Source of the DNA: Pristiophorus japonicus | Lineage: Eukaryota | NCBI RefSeq assembly: GCF_044704955.1 | Contig: NC_091984.1 | Location: 148,304,001 to 148,368,000 of the forward strand | Direction of reading: 5' to 3' | DNA: 64,000 nucleotides | Shown here: positions 35,594 to 48,861 of the stretch, one piece after another | Numbering within the stretch: the stretch's first letter is position 1 | How the letters are laid out: every line of letters starts with the position of its first letter | The notes under the pieces: generated by a model | What the model was told of the DNA's origin: nothing | Seen by the model: only the letters and a program-made list of their open reading frames with translations | Databases searched by the model: none | Made by a program: the position numbers and the translations under genes

Positions 35594-37027
35594 TGTAAGG
35601 GGTGGTTTTCAGGGGGTCAGCTTTCCCTTCTGACCTTATATGAGCGATTCCGAATCGCTCCCACACCCTTGGTTCTAGACACTGGAATTATGAAGGGACT
35701 ATGTCAGACTTGGACAGACAATCGGTTTCAAGGTAGGATGCAGGTATGGCTTTATTGTGTTTAAAAAGAAGTAAAAGGTACAACTTTAATAACACACACA
35801 GACCAATACACACTGAGGGGTACAACACATTGAATAAAATGTCAAATTACAGCCTGTGGGGAAAAGAATACAGCTTAAACTCTAAATGGGGTAAAAAGGA
35901 GAATGCAGCTATATTTACACAAGTTATCCCAGCCTCCCCCCTCCCAATTCCCCTAACTAACTAAGCTATAGCTCTGAGGGTTCATGGGCGATGCTCACCA
36001 ATCCCTTTAGACAGTTGCCGGTAAATCACGGTTTCGGGGTTCTCTGCACTTGGCCTTCTGGGCAAGCCACACCCCGGACGGAGGTGAGGACTTCGGACTG
36101 CGTAGTCTTCAGTTGGGGTGCGTCCGTTGATGCGGTAAGTTGCGTTTCGGATGTATGGGATAAGTACCCACTTTCTTTGGTTTTAGTTAGTCCTTTTAGG
36201 TAATTTCTCACCCGTTGGCTGTTCAGAAGTAGATTGTAGAGTGGAGATAAATGTCGATTCTTCGGTTTTTGCTGAGTAGGTTTTGGTTGGTCGGTCCTTG
36301 AGGATTTCTTGTAGTTTCCTTCACTACTCCATTTCTTCACTCCCCAGCTCCAGCTGCTTGTGTCTGTGTCTGTGTTCCAGTCTGTTCCTTGTTCGAGTCT
36401 GTGTTCTACTAGCTTCTGTGTTCTGCTAGTCTTTCCTTGTAAAACTGGGGGATAGATATATCCCCAAAAGAAGCTCTGTTATCTCCCATCAAATCTCTTG
36501 GGCTCTGTTTAAACTGTTCTGTCCATTGATTTTCAAATGTCTCCTTTGTCAGCAGTAACTCAATTAGGGTGTGAGAATGTGCTGTCACTGGTTTTGCATT
36601 GTTTTAGGATTGTCCAGTTTTTCTGACCATGATTTCCATTGTGCTTGATTGGGTAATTCGATTATCTTTTAGGGGGTGAATAGCCTGGGATCCTTAATAC
36701 ACAAATTTGTTTCAGATGTTGGCCCCACCTCCTGTATTTGGTAACTCTTTTTCGCAGCCAAAATGTTGTAGAATCTTAAAATTGATATGCTCCTTCCCAT
36801 AGATGTTTAGGGGATCTCAAGCTTCTGTAATTTATGTCCATTTTGAATTCCCTTTCCTATGAGTCCAAACACTGGGGGTGGGGGGGGTCTCCATGAATGA
36901 ATCCCCTTTTATCCCCCGCAGGCTTCGTCTGCCCCTTTAAACTCATTTTAAAAGCCCAGAAAGGGATTCTTCTCCTCTGTAGGGGAAAGGTACCTGGAAT
37001 CTTTGCGAGATATTGGTAAATTCTACA
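35594..37027 (-). repeat. 3' LTR of the provirus (1434 bp)
   Basis: TGTAAGG...TTCTACA termini; adjacent ttcccccc is the PPT on the minus strand. Confidence 0.92.
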
Positions 37028-40000
37028 TTCCCCCCTGTGATACCATATCACTTATGGTATCATTCTTCGAGGTGAGCAAATTTCCTGACTCCTAAGAGAT
37101 AACCTTCCCCGTAAATTAGCTAAACTAATATCCAAAATGCATTACATTTATGCAACATCACCATAGATGCACACTTTTCCCTTTACAGGTACAAACTTTT
37201 TACATTTATACCATCCCAGCTTGGAGGGGTTCAATGACTACAATTGCATTTCAGCACAGTTACATTTCATTTCAGTTACATTATATTCACCAGCATATAG
37301 GCAACGTACAACCACATTACAGAAGGGAAAAAACCCTAGATTAAAATTAAACAACATCAATTGGTCTCCTGAGGTTTGTCCATCACCCGGTAATGTCTGG
37401 ATCCTGCCCTTGAGAACTGCTCTCAGGCTGGCTGACACACAAGACAAACTCAAAATAATCACCTAAACATTACTGCAACATTACCCTCAATTCTAAACTA
37501 AACCTTAAAATGTAAAATGGTGCAGTCAGCTGCCTTAAACTAAAATTAGAGCTATGTACAACCACCACCCGTCTCCAGGTGGCCTGGTTAGTCCCTGTCA
37601 GGCCCATGCCTTGTGCGGCCTGATAGCCGCCTGGATGCTAGGATTTCCCCGCAGCCGGTGAGCTGGAAACCCTTGTCTCTGGGACAGCTCGTTGCTACTG
37701 CTCCTGTGAGACCCTCACCTCTGGAGGCGGCTGGCTGGTGGTCCCTACTCTGAGCATCCTCTGTACTTCTGACATTCGGCCTTTCCTGTCGGGCTGCCCT
37801 TCTCCGAGGGTAGAATCGCTGAGGCTCAGATGCCGGTGACCACGGTATCTTTGGCCGTGGTGTACGGAAGGTCCTTCTCAGGGCTTGGGTTACTGGGGGT
37901 GCGTCCGAATCCCAAACGATGGGTGGGATAGCCCCTCCAGTACTGCAATTCACCGCCCCTATAGGCACGGTTTCTGAGCCTGCCACATTCCCTGTGGGCC
38001 CTCCACTGTCAGGGGCGGCCAACGGAGGGTCCCTGTCCTGAGGACGGTTTACCCCTCCCGGCTGTCCTCTGTGTTTGGCTGATCCTGGGTTGTACAGCTT
38101 TCACTGGTTGATGTGGAACCACTTAGTACGGCGGGGCAGCTTTATGGCATAGACCATCAGGCTTGCCTTATCCACAATGCTGTATGGTCCCATATATAAT
38201 GCTTCAAAAACCCCGACCCGAGCACAGTTCCTCACCATGAGCTGGTCCCCCATCTCCCATTCGTGGTGTTTGCTGGGTTCTGGCAGCAATCGGTTCCCCT
38301 GATGCTGTCTGCCCATGTTACTAGCAGCCTGCCAGTGAATCTATTTGAGGTGTTCAAACAGGTTCCTGACAAACTGGTCCCGGTTCACCTCTCTGAGCTG
38401 ACCTTCTGTGAGCACCGGGGCTAGGACATGGGTGGGGGTCTGCATGATCCGGCCAGTCACGAGCTCGTATGGGGAATACCCCGTGCTCTGACTGGCTGGG
38501 CTCGGATCCCCATTAGGACCAACGGTAAGACCTCCACCCACTTTTGGGGTGAGTCTCCCGTTTTCTTCCGCAGCCTTTCTTTAATGGTGCGGTTTAAACA
38601 CTCCACAATACCCGATGACTGTGGATTGTGGGCAATGTGCCATTTCCCCTCAATGCCGAGCACCTTAAGGGTTGCCTGCATTACCTGCCCGGTGAAATGG
38701 CTACCCTGGTCCGACTCCACATACTGTGGGAGTCCCCACCGGGAGAACACTTCCCTGACTAGAATCTTAACTGTCCCTAGTGCGGTGGCTGTTCGGCAGG
38801 GGAAGGCTTCAACCCATTTTGAGAACACGTCCACCAGGACTAGGCAGTATTTGTAGCCTCCCTGGGCAGTGGGTAAGGGCAGATGTAGTCAATTTGGATT
38901 GACTGCCATGGTCCCTCTACCCTCCTGACGTGTCCTAGGGACACCTTCCTTTTCTGGGGGTCAGGGTTGTTCGCAGCACACACAGGCAGTTCGCACAGAA
39001 CTTGCGGACATCCTCCCTGAGTCCCGGCCATCATCCTGCCTGTTCCACCCGTTGCCAGGTGGTCTCAGGCCCGGGGTGTCCCGCTCCTGGACCCTCATGG
39101 GCCAGTTTTAGGAATTCCCTCTGGTGCTGCTGCAGCACGACCCATTGTCCCTCTTTAAACAGCATGCCTTCCTTAACGGTAATGGCTGCTGTGCCGTACG
39201 GACCTTCTACTCTCTCTCCTCTAGCTAGCGCGTTCAGGACAGCTTTCAGGACTGGGTCCTGTAGCTGAACTGTTTTTAAGTCCGGGGCCAAAGCTGTCCC
39301 TGTACTCTCTGCTGCCCTGTTCTTATTCTTGACTGCTGCTATGCGGCCGGTGTCAAAGGAGTCCCAGAACTTTCCCGTGCGGGCAACTTCTTTGGCCAGT
39401 TTGTCAGCCTGTTGGTTTCCCTCTGCACGGGGTTCGATTTTTGAATGGGCCTTCACCTTATGTATGTAGACCTTTCCTTCTTCCCCCACTGCTGTCATGA
39501 TTTTTTCCAGCAGGGGCTTGATTGCCAGGGGTCTCCCGTCAGCGGACGTGTATCCGCGACAGGACCAGATAGCCAGGTACTCCGTACATGAATTGCAGGT
39601 GAACATACTGTCTGAGCAAATCGTGTACGGAGTAGGGAATTCCTCGGGGTGGATCACCACGTACATTATGGCGGACAGTTCAGCATGCTGTGTGCTCATG
39701 GTGCTGGGGAGCTTGATTGCCAGTGCAATACCTGCCCTTGGGTCATAGACTCCGCACCCAGTGAGTCATTCGCCAGCAGATACCGTGCTGGACCCTTCCA
39801 CATAGATGTCGCGGCCTGCAGGGTGTAACCCAGCCCGAAGGCCAATGTTTACCTCCCATACCCCTTCTATGGAGCACCTGTGAGCTTTCCCTGGATAGAT
39901 TAGGTTGGCTGCGAGCCTTGGCTCGTGGGGGCCTTCTTCTCTGAGGTCCATCTGGGAGAGGAGCAGCGTCCAGTGAGCAATGCGGGCACTGCTCACCGTC

Positions 40001-40693
40001 CCGTCCTTAATCCTCCCATCTAGGAGCATCTGAGTAGGTGTGTGGTGGATTAGGAGTGTTAGAGGAGACCTTCCCGTGAAGATCAAGGATCTTTTCACTG
40101 CCCAATGTGTGGCTAGGAGATGTCTCGCACAGCTGGAGTACCCCTTCTCCACATCTGTGAGGATCCTGGAGGAGTAAACCACCGGTCTCAGCTGGCCGTG
40201 CCGCTCTTGAAGCAGCACTGAGCTCAAACTGTCCCCGGTGGCTGCCACCTCCAGGAAAAACTCCTTTCCTACATCTATCACTCCTAAGGCTGGCGCGGTC
40301 TGCAAGTCCTTCTTGAGCTGATTAAATGCTGCCTCGCAACCCTCATCCCAGTCCCACTCTACACCCTTGTGTAGGAGCCTGAGCAGAGGGGCTGCGGTGG
40401 CTGCATAATCCTCAATGAAGTCTCTGCAGTACCCGGTGAGTCCGAGAAAGGACCTTACCCCTGTCACTGTGTTGGGGGCTGGTAACTCCTGTACTGCCTC
40501 CATTCTAGCCATGTCGATGGCCCTTTCCGCAGTGCGCACAGTCAGCCCCAGGAATTTGACTTCCTTCTGGCCGATCTGTGCCTTCTTGGGGTTTACTTCA
40601 AACCCTTTTTCTTTTAGCAGCTCCAGCAGCTCAGCCAGCAGTGGGCCATGCTCCTCCCCCTGATCGGTGAACAGGAGCAGATCATCCACACAC

Positions 40694-42194
40694 TGTAAGG
40701 GGTGGTTTGCAGGGGGTCAGCTTTCCCTTCTGACCTTATATGAGCGGTTTCAAATCGCTCCCACACCCTTGGCTCTAGACACTGGAATTATGAAGGGACT
40801 GTGACAGATTTGGACAGACAATCGGTTTCAACGTCGGAAGCAGGTATGGCTTTATTGTGTTTAAAAAGAAGTAAAAGACACACCTTTAATAACACACACA
40901 GACCAATACACACTGAGGGGTACAACACATTGAAAAAAATGTCAAATTACAGCCTGCGGGGAAAAGAATACAGCTTAAACTCTAAATGGGGTAAAGAGGA
41001 GAATGCAGATACATTTACACAAGTTATCCCAGCCTCCCCCCTCCCAATTCCCCTAACTAACTAAGCTATAGCTCTGAGGGTTCAGGGGCTATGCTCACCA
41101 ATCCCTTTAGACAGTTGCCAGTGAATCATGGTTTCGGGGTTCACTGCACTTGGCCTTCTAGGTGAGCCGTACCCCGGACAGAGGAGAGGACTTCGGACTG
41201 CGTAGTCTTCAGTTGGGGTGCGTCCGTTGATGCGGTAAGTTGCGTTTTGGATGTATGGGGTAAGTACCCACTTTCTTTGGTTAGGAATAGTTTTAGTTAG
41301 TCCCTTTTGGTAATTTCTCACCCATTGGTTTGTTCAGAAGTAGAGTGGTTGTCAATTTGGTTGCTGACAACCTTCCGTTTCGTGGGCCTCGTGCTCGGTC
41401 AGTTCCTGATCAGTTCTGGTAATTTCCTTCACTATTCCATTTCTTCACTGTAGAGCAAGCAGGCTGCTTGTCTGTGTCTGTGTTCCAGTCTGTGCGAGTT
41501 CCAGCCTGTGTTCTGCTTCTCTCCTGTGTTCTGCTAGTTTCTGTGTTCTGCTAGTTTTTGAGTTCTGCTAGTCTTTCCTTGTAAAACTGGGAGATAGATA
41601 TATCCCAATAAAATGCTCTGTTATCTCCCATCAAATCTCTTGGGCTCTGTTTGAACTGTTCTGTCCATTGATTTTCAAATGTCTCCTTTGTCAGCAGTAA
41701 CTCGATTAGGGTGTGAGAATGTGCTATCACTGGGTTTGCATTGTTTTAGGATTGTCCAGTTTTTCTGACCATGATTTCCATTGTGCTTGATTGGGTAATT
41801 CGATTATCTCTTAGAGGGTGATTAGTTCCCCCAGACAGTCTGGGATCCTTAATACACGAATTTGCTTCAGACGTTGGCTCCACCTCCTGTATTTGATAAC
41901 TCTTTTTTCGCAGCCAAAATGTTGTAGAATCTTAAAATTGATATGCTCCTTCCCATAGATGTTTAGGGGATCTCAAGCTTCTGTAATTTAGGTCCATTTT
42001 GAATTCCCTTTCTTATGAGTCCAAACACTGCGGGGGCGGGCGGGGGGGTGGGGGTCTCCATGAATGCATCGCCTTTTAACCCCCGCAGGCTTCGTCTGCC
42101 CCTTTAAACTCATTTTAAAAGCCCAGAAAGGGATTCTTCTCCTCTGTAGGGGAAAGGTACCTGGAATCTTTGCGAGATATTGGTAAATTCTACA
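40694..42194 (-). mobile_element. Solo LTR of the same family inserted in RT (1501 bp)
   Basis: TG...CA termini; 4-bp TSD ACAC/ATAC; removing it restores LVQYVDDLLL. Confidence 0.92.
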
Positions 42195-45043
42195 ATACTG
42201 CACCAACTGCTGGGGTCTGCTAAAGCCCTTTAAACAGTTCGCCTTGCATTGGTGAAAAAAGCTGGGACTATTGTGGAAGCCTTGGGGAAGACAGTTCCAC
42301 GTGTATTGTTGGCCCATAAAGGTAAAGGTGAACTTGTACTGGTCCTCCCGTTTTAAAGGAATGGACCAAAACCCATTTGAAATATCCAGCACCGTGAAAG
42401 TGGTCGCAGATGCTGGAATACTCCCTATGAGATCCGCTACGGCTGCTACAGTGGATGCACAGGCAGGGATATTCTGATTTAGTACTCGATAGTCCACGGT
42501 GGCCCTCCATGAGTTGTCCGGTTTCTTAACCGGCCACAGTGGAGAGTTCACATGGGTTGCTATCGGTCTTAACACCCCTTGCTCTACCAGTGATCCCAGC
42601 GCCGTTGTCAGGTCTGCCTCTGCCTCCCTGGGGAGGTTATATTGCTTTTGTGGTCGGGTCATGGGGTCCCCTACTATACTAACTTCCAGCCCCGTTACCC
42701 TACCACAGTCATGTTTGTGGGTGGCGAATGCTGCAAGGTGTGCCCATACATATGCCTGGTACTCCACTGGGGTGTTACTGACCAGTAATTCCAAGTCGTA
42801 ACCCTCCTTTGGCTTCATTACACAACGTTCCCTTGGCCCCTTTTTCTGGGATCACCGCCACCTCACCTTCCCTGTCAGTCACTATGGCTCCCCATAGACA
42901 GTGGTTCTTGAGATCCACTAGGATCTGGTGGCTAATGATAAAATCAGCCCCCAGGATCCCTTTTCCCTTCTGCTTCCATTCCATCAGGACACATTTCCAT
43001 TTGGTTTTGAGTGTCCCTAACTAAATGGTGAGCGGGATGGAAAACAAACCAGTTTGCTCATTGCCTGTGAACCCCACTAGACTGTACGGGACCCCGTTCG
43101 ATAGAGGTGAGGTAGCTGGGTTATCTGCATATACAAGGGTGCTGGAAGCACCAGTATCTAGCAGGTAGGTCCCTTTCACTTTCTCCACCTCCATAGTAAC
43201 GCACGGTCTCTTCCAGGCATCGTACTCTCGGGAACAAAGGTACACAGGCTGCGCTGGCTCTAGTCATGCATCTGGGTGGGTTGGAGCAGAGGGTTTTACC
43301 GTACCGACTGCTGGACCGGTTGCGATAGCTACTGCTCCCTGTCCGTTTATGAGTGTCTGTAGGGTGGCTACGAGTGTCTCATATGCGTCGGGTGTTCCTG
43401 CCCCGGCCTTACGGGCTGGGGCTGAAGTGGCCTTTCCCTTAGTCCCTTTCCATGGGTTCCTACAGTCCTTCCTCCAGTGCCCACTTTTCCCACACCCAAA
43501 ACACTCGCCCCCTTTGTGGGGAGGGTTCCCACCTTCCTGATGCCACTCTCTCTTGCCTTGGCTGGGTTTAATCTCATGGACCCTCCCTTTAGAGGAGGGC
43601 TCCTCTGTCCCTCTACCATTCCGGTAAGCCAGTGTCAACTGTCTGACCACTGTCTCCTCGGTGGTTCTGGGATCTCTTGGATCGAACCAGACCTCGGCTT
43701 TTGCCTTTACTCCAGGTAAGCTGTTTGCCACCAGGCTGCGGAGCCAGTGAGCCAGCTCGTTAGGGGTCAGGGGGGCCCGGTCAAAAACCCCACTACAGGC
43801 CCTTTCGTAGACCGGCCACAACCTGTCGGCGAAAGCCTGTGGAGTCTCCCCATCGAGCCGCACTGTTTTCTCCACTCGGGAGAAAGGATTCCCGTCGTTC
43901 ATACCCATGGCCTCTAGAACCTCCTCCTTAACCGTAGCGTACGTGTTTCACAGCTTGGTGTCTAGCGAGAAGAGCAACAACTTAGCCTGCTCTGAATCAT
44001 CACACCCGTTAATATCCCATGTGTGTTCCACTTCCAGGAAGTGTACCGAGGGATCCCCCTGTTGGGTGAGCTTACTTAGGTGGTCTATCATAGCCCTCAG
44101 TTTTTGGGTGTCGTGGGGGACTACAAAGTTGCTTTCTAGGGGTCCTGCTGCCCCATTGGCATCAGGTGGGCCAAACTTCTGCTGCCGGACCGGATGCATT
44201 GGCCCTGGTTTTGGCCCTTCTTTTATTGGCTTGCCCTCTTCCCCCTGCTGCCAAGCCGAGTTAAAACTCGGGGCTGCCGGTGTTGGTCGTTTGCAATCCT
44301 TGCCTGCCCCGCACTCTGGCTGACACCCCTGCTGCTCCGGGCCGTTCCTGGGAGCTACAGGCGGTGACTGAGGGGTTTCTCCTTGCCCAACCAGGTGTTC
44401 CTGGGCTAAACCCGGGTTTATCAGGCACACCATGCCTTTAGCCCGGGATAGAGCAAGGTTCAAGCTTTGGATCTGCTGCTGGCAGGGGCCGTGGTCTCCT
44501 GCCTCAAATTCCCTGGCACTGGCTACCTTATAGGCTACCTGAATGTCTCTTACCCTCTGCCCATACTCTTTAACTTGCTTGGCGAGGCAGGAATTCTCTT
44601 CACGCAACGCCCGTTCGCTATTCTTGGCTTCAATAATCTGACACTGTAAAAGGTCCAATTGGGTTTTGTGCCTTTCTTTAGTGAGCTCTCTACTTTCCTT
44701 TAACTTTCCCACCTCTGTCCACAGCCTTTCCCCGACTGTGACCCTTGCGTTGGACCTCTCTTCTGCCTGTCTCAATACTCCCTTTAATTCTCATTCACCT
44801 CATCTAGAAGCCGGATCTGTTGCTGAAGGCAAATTAGCCAAATGGCCTTCTCTATTGACTTTTTATGGTCCTTGCTCTCGGTCCTTTGAGCTGCAGCATC
44901 TTCTGGACGCTCAGCATACAATAGATCGAGTACCCACTCCTTAGCCACATTTACCTTCTTAAACACATACGAGGAAATCCCCTCTTTCATTTTGCTTCTT
45001 TTCCTGAAACCAGTCTCTCTCTTATCACGTCCCTTGTACCAGT

Positions 45044-45061
45044 GTCCCATCTGGGTCGCCA
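45044..45061 (-). promoter_or_regulatory. Primer-binding site, tRNA-Arg(CCG)-type
   Basis: Minus strand TGGCGACCCAGATGGGAC, 3 nt after the LTR CA; complementary to the 3' end GTCCCATCTGGGTCGCCA recalled for a vertebrate tRNA-Arg(CCG). Confidence 0.75.
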
Positions 45062-45329
45062 TTATGTAAGGGGTGGTTTGCAGGGGGTCAGCTTTCCCTT
45101 CTGACCTTATATGAGCGGTTCCGAATCGCTCCCACGCCCTTGGTTCTAGACACTGGAATTATGAAGGGACTGTGACAGACTTGGACAGACAATTGGTTTC
45201 AAGGTAGGAAGCAGGTATGGCTTTATTGTGTTTAAAAAGAAGTAAAAGGCACACCTTTAATAACACATACAGACCAATACACACTGAGGGGTACAACACA
45301 TTGAATAAAATGTCAAATTACAGCCTGGA

Positions 45330-45794
45330 GAATTGAAGGGGCAAGCAACCGGAAACTCAGAGAAAACGCTTGCAGATTAAATGGATACGTTCAGCAAAGT
45401 AATCGCACAATCTGTTTACTCCAATGTACTGTAGATTGCATCCTGAACAGCAAGTACATTATACTGAATCGGAACAGGTAAAGTAAATGACTGTTTCACG
45501 TGGAAGGAATTTTTGGGGCCTTGGACGATGAGAAGGAAGGAGGTGAAAGGGCAGGTGTTGCATCTCATGCGTTATGTATCGGAAGGGGTGGGGAAGGGCA
45601 GGGGGTTGCTGGGGTGATAGATGAGTGATCCAGCTTGTCATGGAGGGACAGGTCACTTTGCTCCTGAAAGGGGATGTGTTTGGTGGTTGGATCACGCTGG
45701 AAATGGCAGAGGATGATCTGTTGAATGTGGAGCCTGGCTGAGTCAAAGGTGAGGGCAATTGGACCCTATTGGTTCTGGTCGAGAGAGTCAGGGA
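45330..45794 (-). mobile_element. Penelope-like element fragment (continues at ~48113-48300 beyond the CR1)
   Basis: Degenerate similarity; the 48113-48300 part reads GTAVGARMDPNYA, compare the Penelope RT motif G.AMG..M.P.YA. Confidence 0.5.
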
Positions 45795-48100
45795 TAGAAA
45801 CATAGAAACATAGAAAATAGGTGCAGGATTAGGCCATTCGGCCCTTCGAGCCTGCACCAACATCCAATAAGATCATGGCTGCTCATTCACCTCAGTACCC
45901 CTTTCCTGCTTTCTTTCCATACCCTTTGATCCCTTTAGCCGTAAGGGCCATATCTAACTCCCTCTTGAATATATCCAACAAACTGGCTTCCACAACTCTC
46001 TGTGGCAGTGAATTCCACAGGTTAACAATTCTCTGAGTGAATAAGTTTCTCCTCATCTCAGTCCTAAATGGCTTACTCCTTATCCTTAGACTCTGTCCCC
46101 TAGTTCTGGACTTCCCCAACATCGGGAACATTCTTTCTGCATCTAACCTGTCCAGTCCCATCAGAATTTTATATGTTTCTATGAGATCCCCTCTCATCCT
46201 TCTAAATTCCAGTGAATACAGGCCCAGTCGATCCAGTCTCTCCTCATATGTCAGTCCTGCCATCCCGGGAATCAGTCTGATGAACCTTCGCTGCACTCCC
46301 TCAATAGCAAGAACGTGCTTCCTCAGCTTAGGAGACCAAAACGGAACACAATATTTCAGGTGAGGCCTCACCAAGGCCCTGTACAACTGCAGTAAGACCT
46401 CCCTGCTCCTATACTCAAATCCCCTAGCTATGAAGGCCAACATACCATTTGCCTTCTTCACCGCCTGCTGTACCTGCATGCCAACTTTCAATGGTTGATG
46501 TACCATGACAACCAGGTCTCGTTGTACCTCCCCTTTTCCTAATCTGCCGCCATTCCGATAATATTCTGCCTTCGTGTTTTTGCCACCAAAGTGGATATCC
46601 TCACATTTATTCACATTATGCTCCATTTGCCATGCATTTGCGCACTCACCCAACCTGTCCAAGTCACCCTGCAGACTCTTAGCATCCTCCTCACTGCTCA
46701 CACCACCAGCCAGCTTAATGTCATCTGCAAACTTGGAGATATTACACTCAATTACTTCATCTAAATCATTGATGTATATTGTAAATAGCTGGGGTCCCAG
46801 CACTGAGCCCTGCGGCACCCCACTAGTCACTGCCTGCCATTTATCCCGACTCTCTGCTTCCTGTCTGCCAACCAGTTCTCCATCCACGTCAGTACATTAC
46901 CCCCAATACCATGTGCTTTAATTTTGCACACCAATCTCTTGTGTGGGACTTTGTCAAAGGCTTTTGAAAGTCCAAATACACCACATCCACTGGTTCTCCC
47001 TCGTCCACCCTACTACTTACATCCTCAAAAAATTCTCGAAGATTTGTCAAGCATGATTTCCCTTTCATAAATCCATGCTGACTTGGACCGATCCTGTCAC
47101 TGCTTTCCAAATGCGCTGCTATTTCATCTTTAAAAATTGATTCCAACATTTTCCCCACTACTGATGTCAGGCTAACCAGTCTATAATTAGCCATTTTCTC
47201 TCTTCCTCCTTTTTTAAAAAGTAGGTTTACATTAGCCATCCTCCAGTCCATAGGAACTGATCCAGAGTCGATAGACTGTTGGAAAATGATCACCAATGCA
47301 TCCACCATTTCTAGGGCCACTTCCTTAAGTGCTCTAGGATGCAGACTATCAGGCCCTGGGAATTTATTGGCCTTCAATCCCATCAATTTCCCGAACACAA
47401 TTTCCCGCCTAATAAGGATTTCCTTCAGTTCCTCCTTCTCACTACACCCTCGATCCCCGAGTATTCCCGAAAGGTTATTTGTGTCTTCCTTCGTGAAGAC
47501 AGAACCAAAGTATTTGTTCAACTGGTCTGCCATTTCTTTGTTCCCCATTATAAATTCACCTGATTCTGACTGCAAGGGACCTATGTTTGTCTTCACTAAT
47601 CTTTTTCTCTTCACATATCTATAGAAGCTTTTGCAGTCAGTTTTTATGTTCCCAGCAAGCTTCCTCTCAAACTCTATTTTCCCGCTCCTAATTAAACCCT
47701 TTGTCCTCCTCTGCTGAATTCTAAATTTTTCCCAGTCCTCAGGTTTGCTGCTCTTTCTGACCAATTTATATGCCTCTTTCTTGGATTTAACACTATCCTT
47801 AATTCCCCTTGTTAGCCATGGTTGAGCTACCTTTCACATTTTATTTTTACTCCAGACAGGGATGTATAATTGTTAAAGTTCATCCATGTGATCTTTAAAT
47901 GTTTGCCATTGCCTATCCACCGTCAATCCTTCATTTGCCAGTCTATTCTAGCCAATTTACGTCTCATACCATCAAAGTTACCTTTCCTTAAGTTCATGAC
48001 CTTAGTCTCTGAATTAACTGTGTCACTCTCTATCTTAATAAAGAATTCTACCTTATTACGATCACTCTTCCCTAAGGGGCCTCGCAAAACAAGATTGTTA
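45795..48100 (-). mobile_element. CR1 LINE, 5'-truncated, relatively intact RT
   Basis: PGPDS, YRLVSLTS, HGFMKGKSCLTN, VYLDFQK, GVPQGSVLGP, FADD; (AGAAACAT)n tail. Confidence 0.95.
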
Positions 48101-48861
48101 GTTATATTTTGATTATATTTTGCAGTTGATGGTGAAAGAAGGAAGTGGTGCCACTACAGTCCACAATGTAGCTGAACAATACGTGAAGGAGGCGACCCAA
48201 GTAGCATTGGAACATCGAATATTCCCCGTATCGCAGGAAAAGGCAGCATAGTTAGGATCCATCCGGGCTCCCACAGCGGTACCAATGGAGTGTGGGGATA
48301 GACCACTGTTCAGACCCCAGGTCCAAGCATCTGTATTTTGCAGCAGGGGCACTGCACTGGGCTCATGATCTGAAACCTGAGGCTTTTCATTCCCAGCCCA
48401 GAGCCGACGAGGGCCCGAGGTTTCCCAGTGGGAATGACCAGTGAATGAAATTCCAAACAGGGCCTGGGAATGTACCTGCGGGGGATGGTGGAGGGAAACT
48501 GTGTGTCCGCTGTGAGTTTGAGGGGAGCTCGGGTTTATTGGACTTTACACCAGCGGGGCCCCCGGACAGACATGGGCAGAAGTGTAAATGGACATGTGGA
48601 GCACAGCTCCGACCTCAGGCAGAAGGAAGTCACACGTGTTGTGGACAGGAGGGGCAGAATGAACCACTGCATGAGTATTCAGAGCCTGAAGAAAGGAGAG
48701 AGATCTGCAAGGGTCCCAACTAAACTCTCAAATAATCATCGCATTCATTCATGAAACAAATACAAGATATTTAAGTTAGAAGGGGGAGAGATAATTGATA
48801 CTGGAATAAGGAGAGGATAAAACTCCTGGTTTAGATGGATCACATTCACACGTACTATCTC

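Larger units (their letters stand above)
35594..45327 (-). mobile_element. Endogenous retrovirus-like provirus (spuma/loki-like pol, dual RNase H, no env), degenerate
   Basis: Truncated 5' LTR 45065-45327; PBS 45044-45061; gag ~45000-43264 (coiled coil, CFGCGKSGHWRKDC); PR LLDTGAS; RT LDISNGFWS/LPQGFHNSP/QY|VDD; tether plus RNase H; integrase HHCC/DDE/GPY; PPT; 3' LTR 35594-37027. Confidence 0.88.

Noticed and set aside
37030-38022. env or accessory gene of the provirus
   Set aside because: 37588-38022 is a low-complexity tail contiguous with integrase; no signal peptide, furin site, heptad or TM segment is visible, and the rest has no long ORF.
41988-42194. C-terminus of the 276-aa RT ORF (CRIYQYLAKIPG..)
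   Set aside because: Read-through into the inserted LTR; the same peptide appears in ORF 36857-37051.
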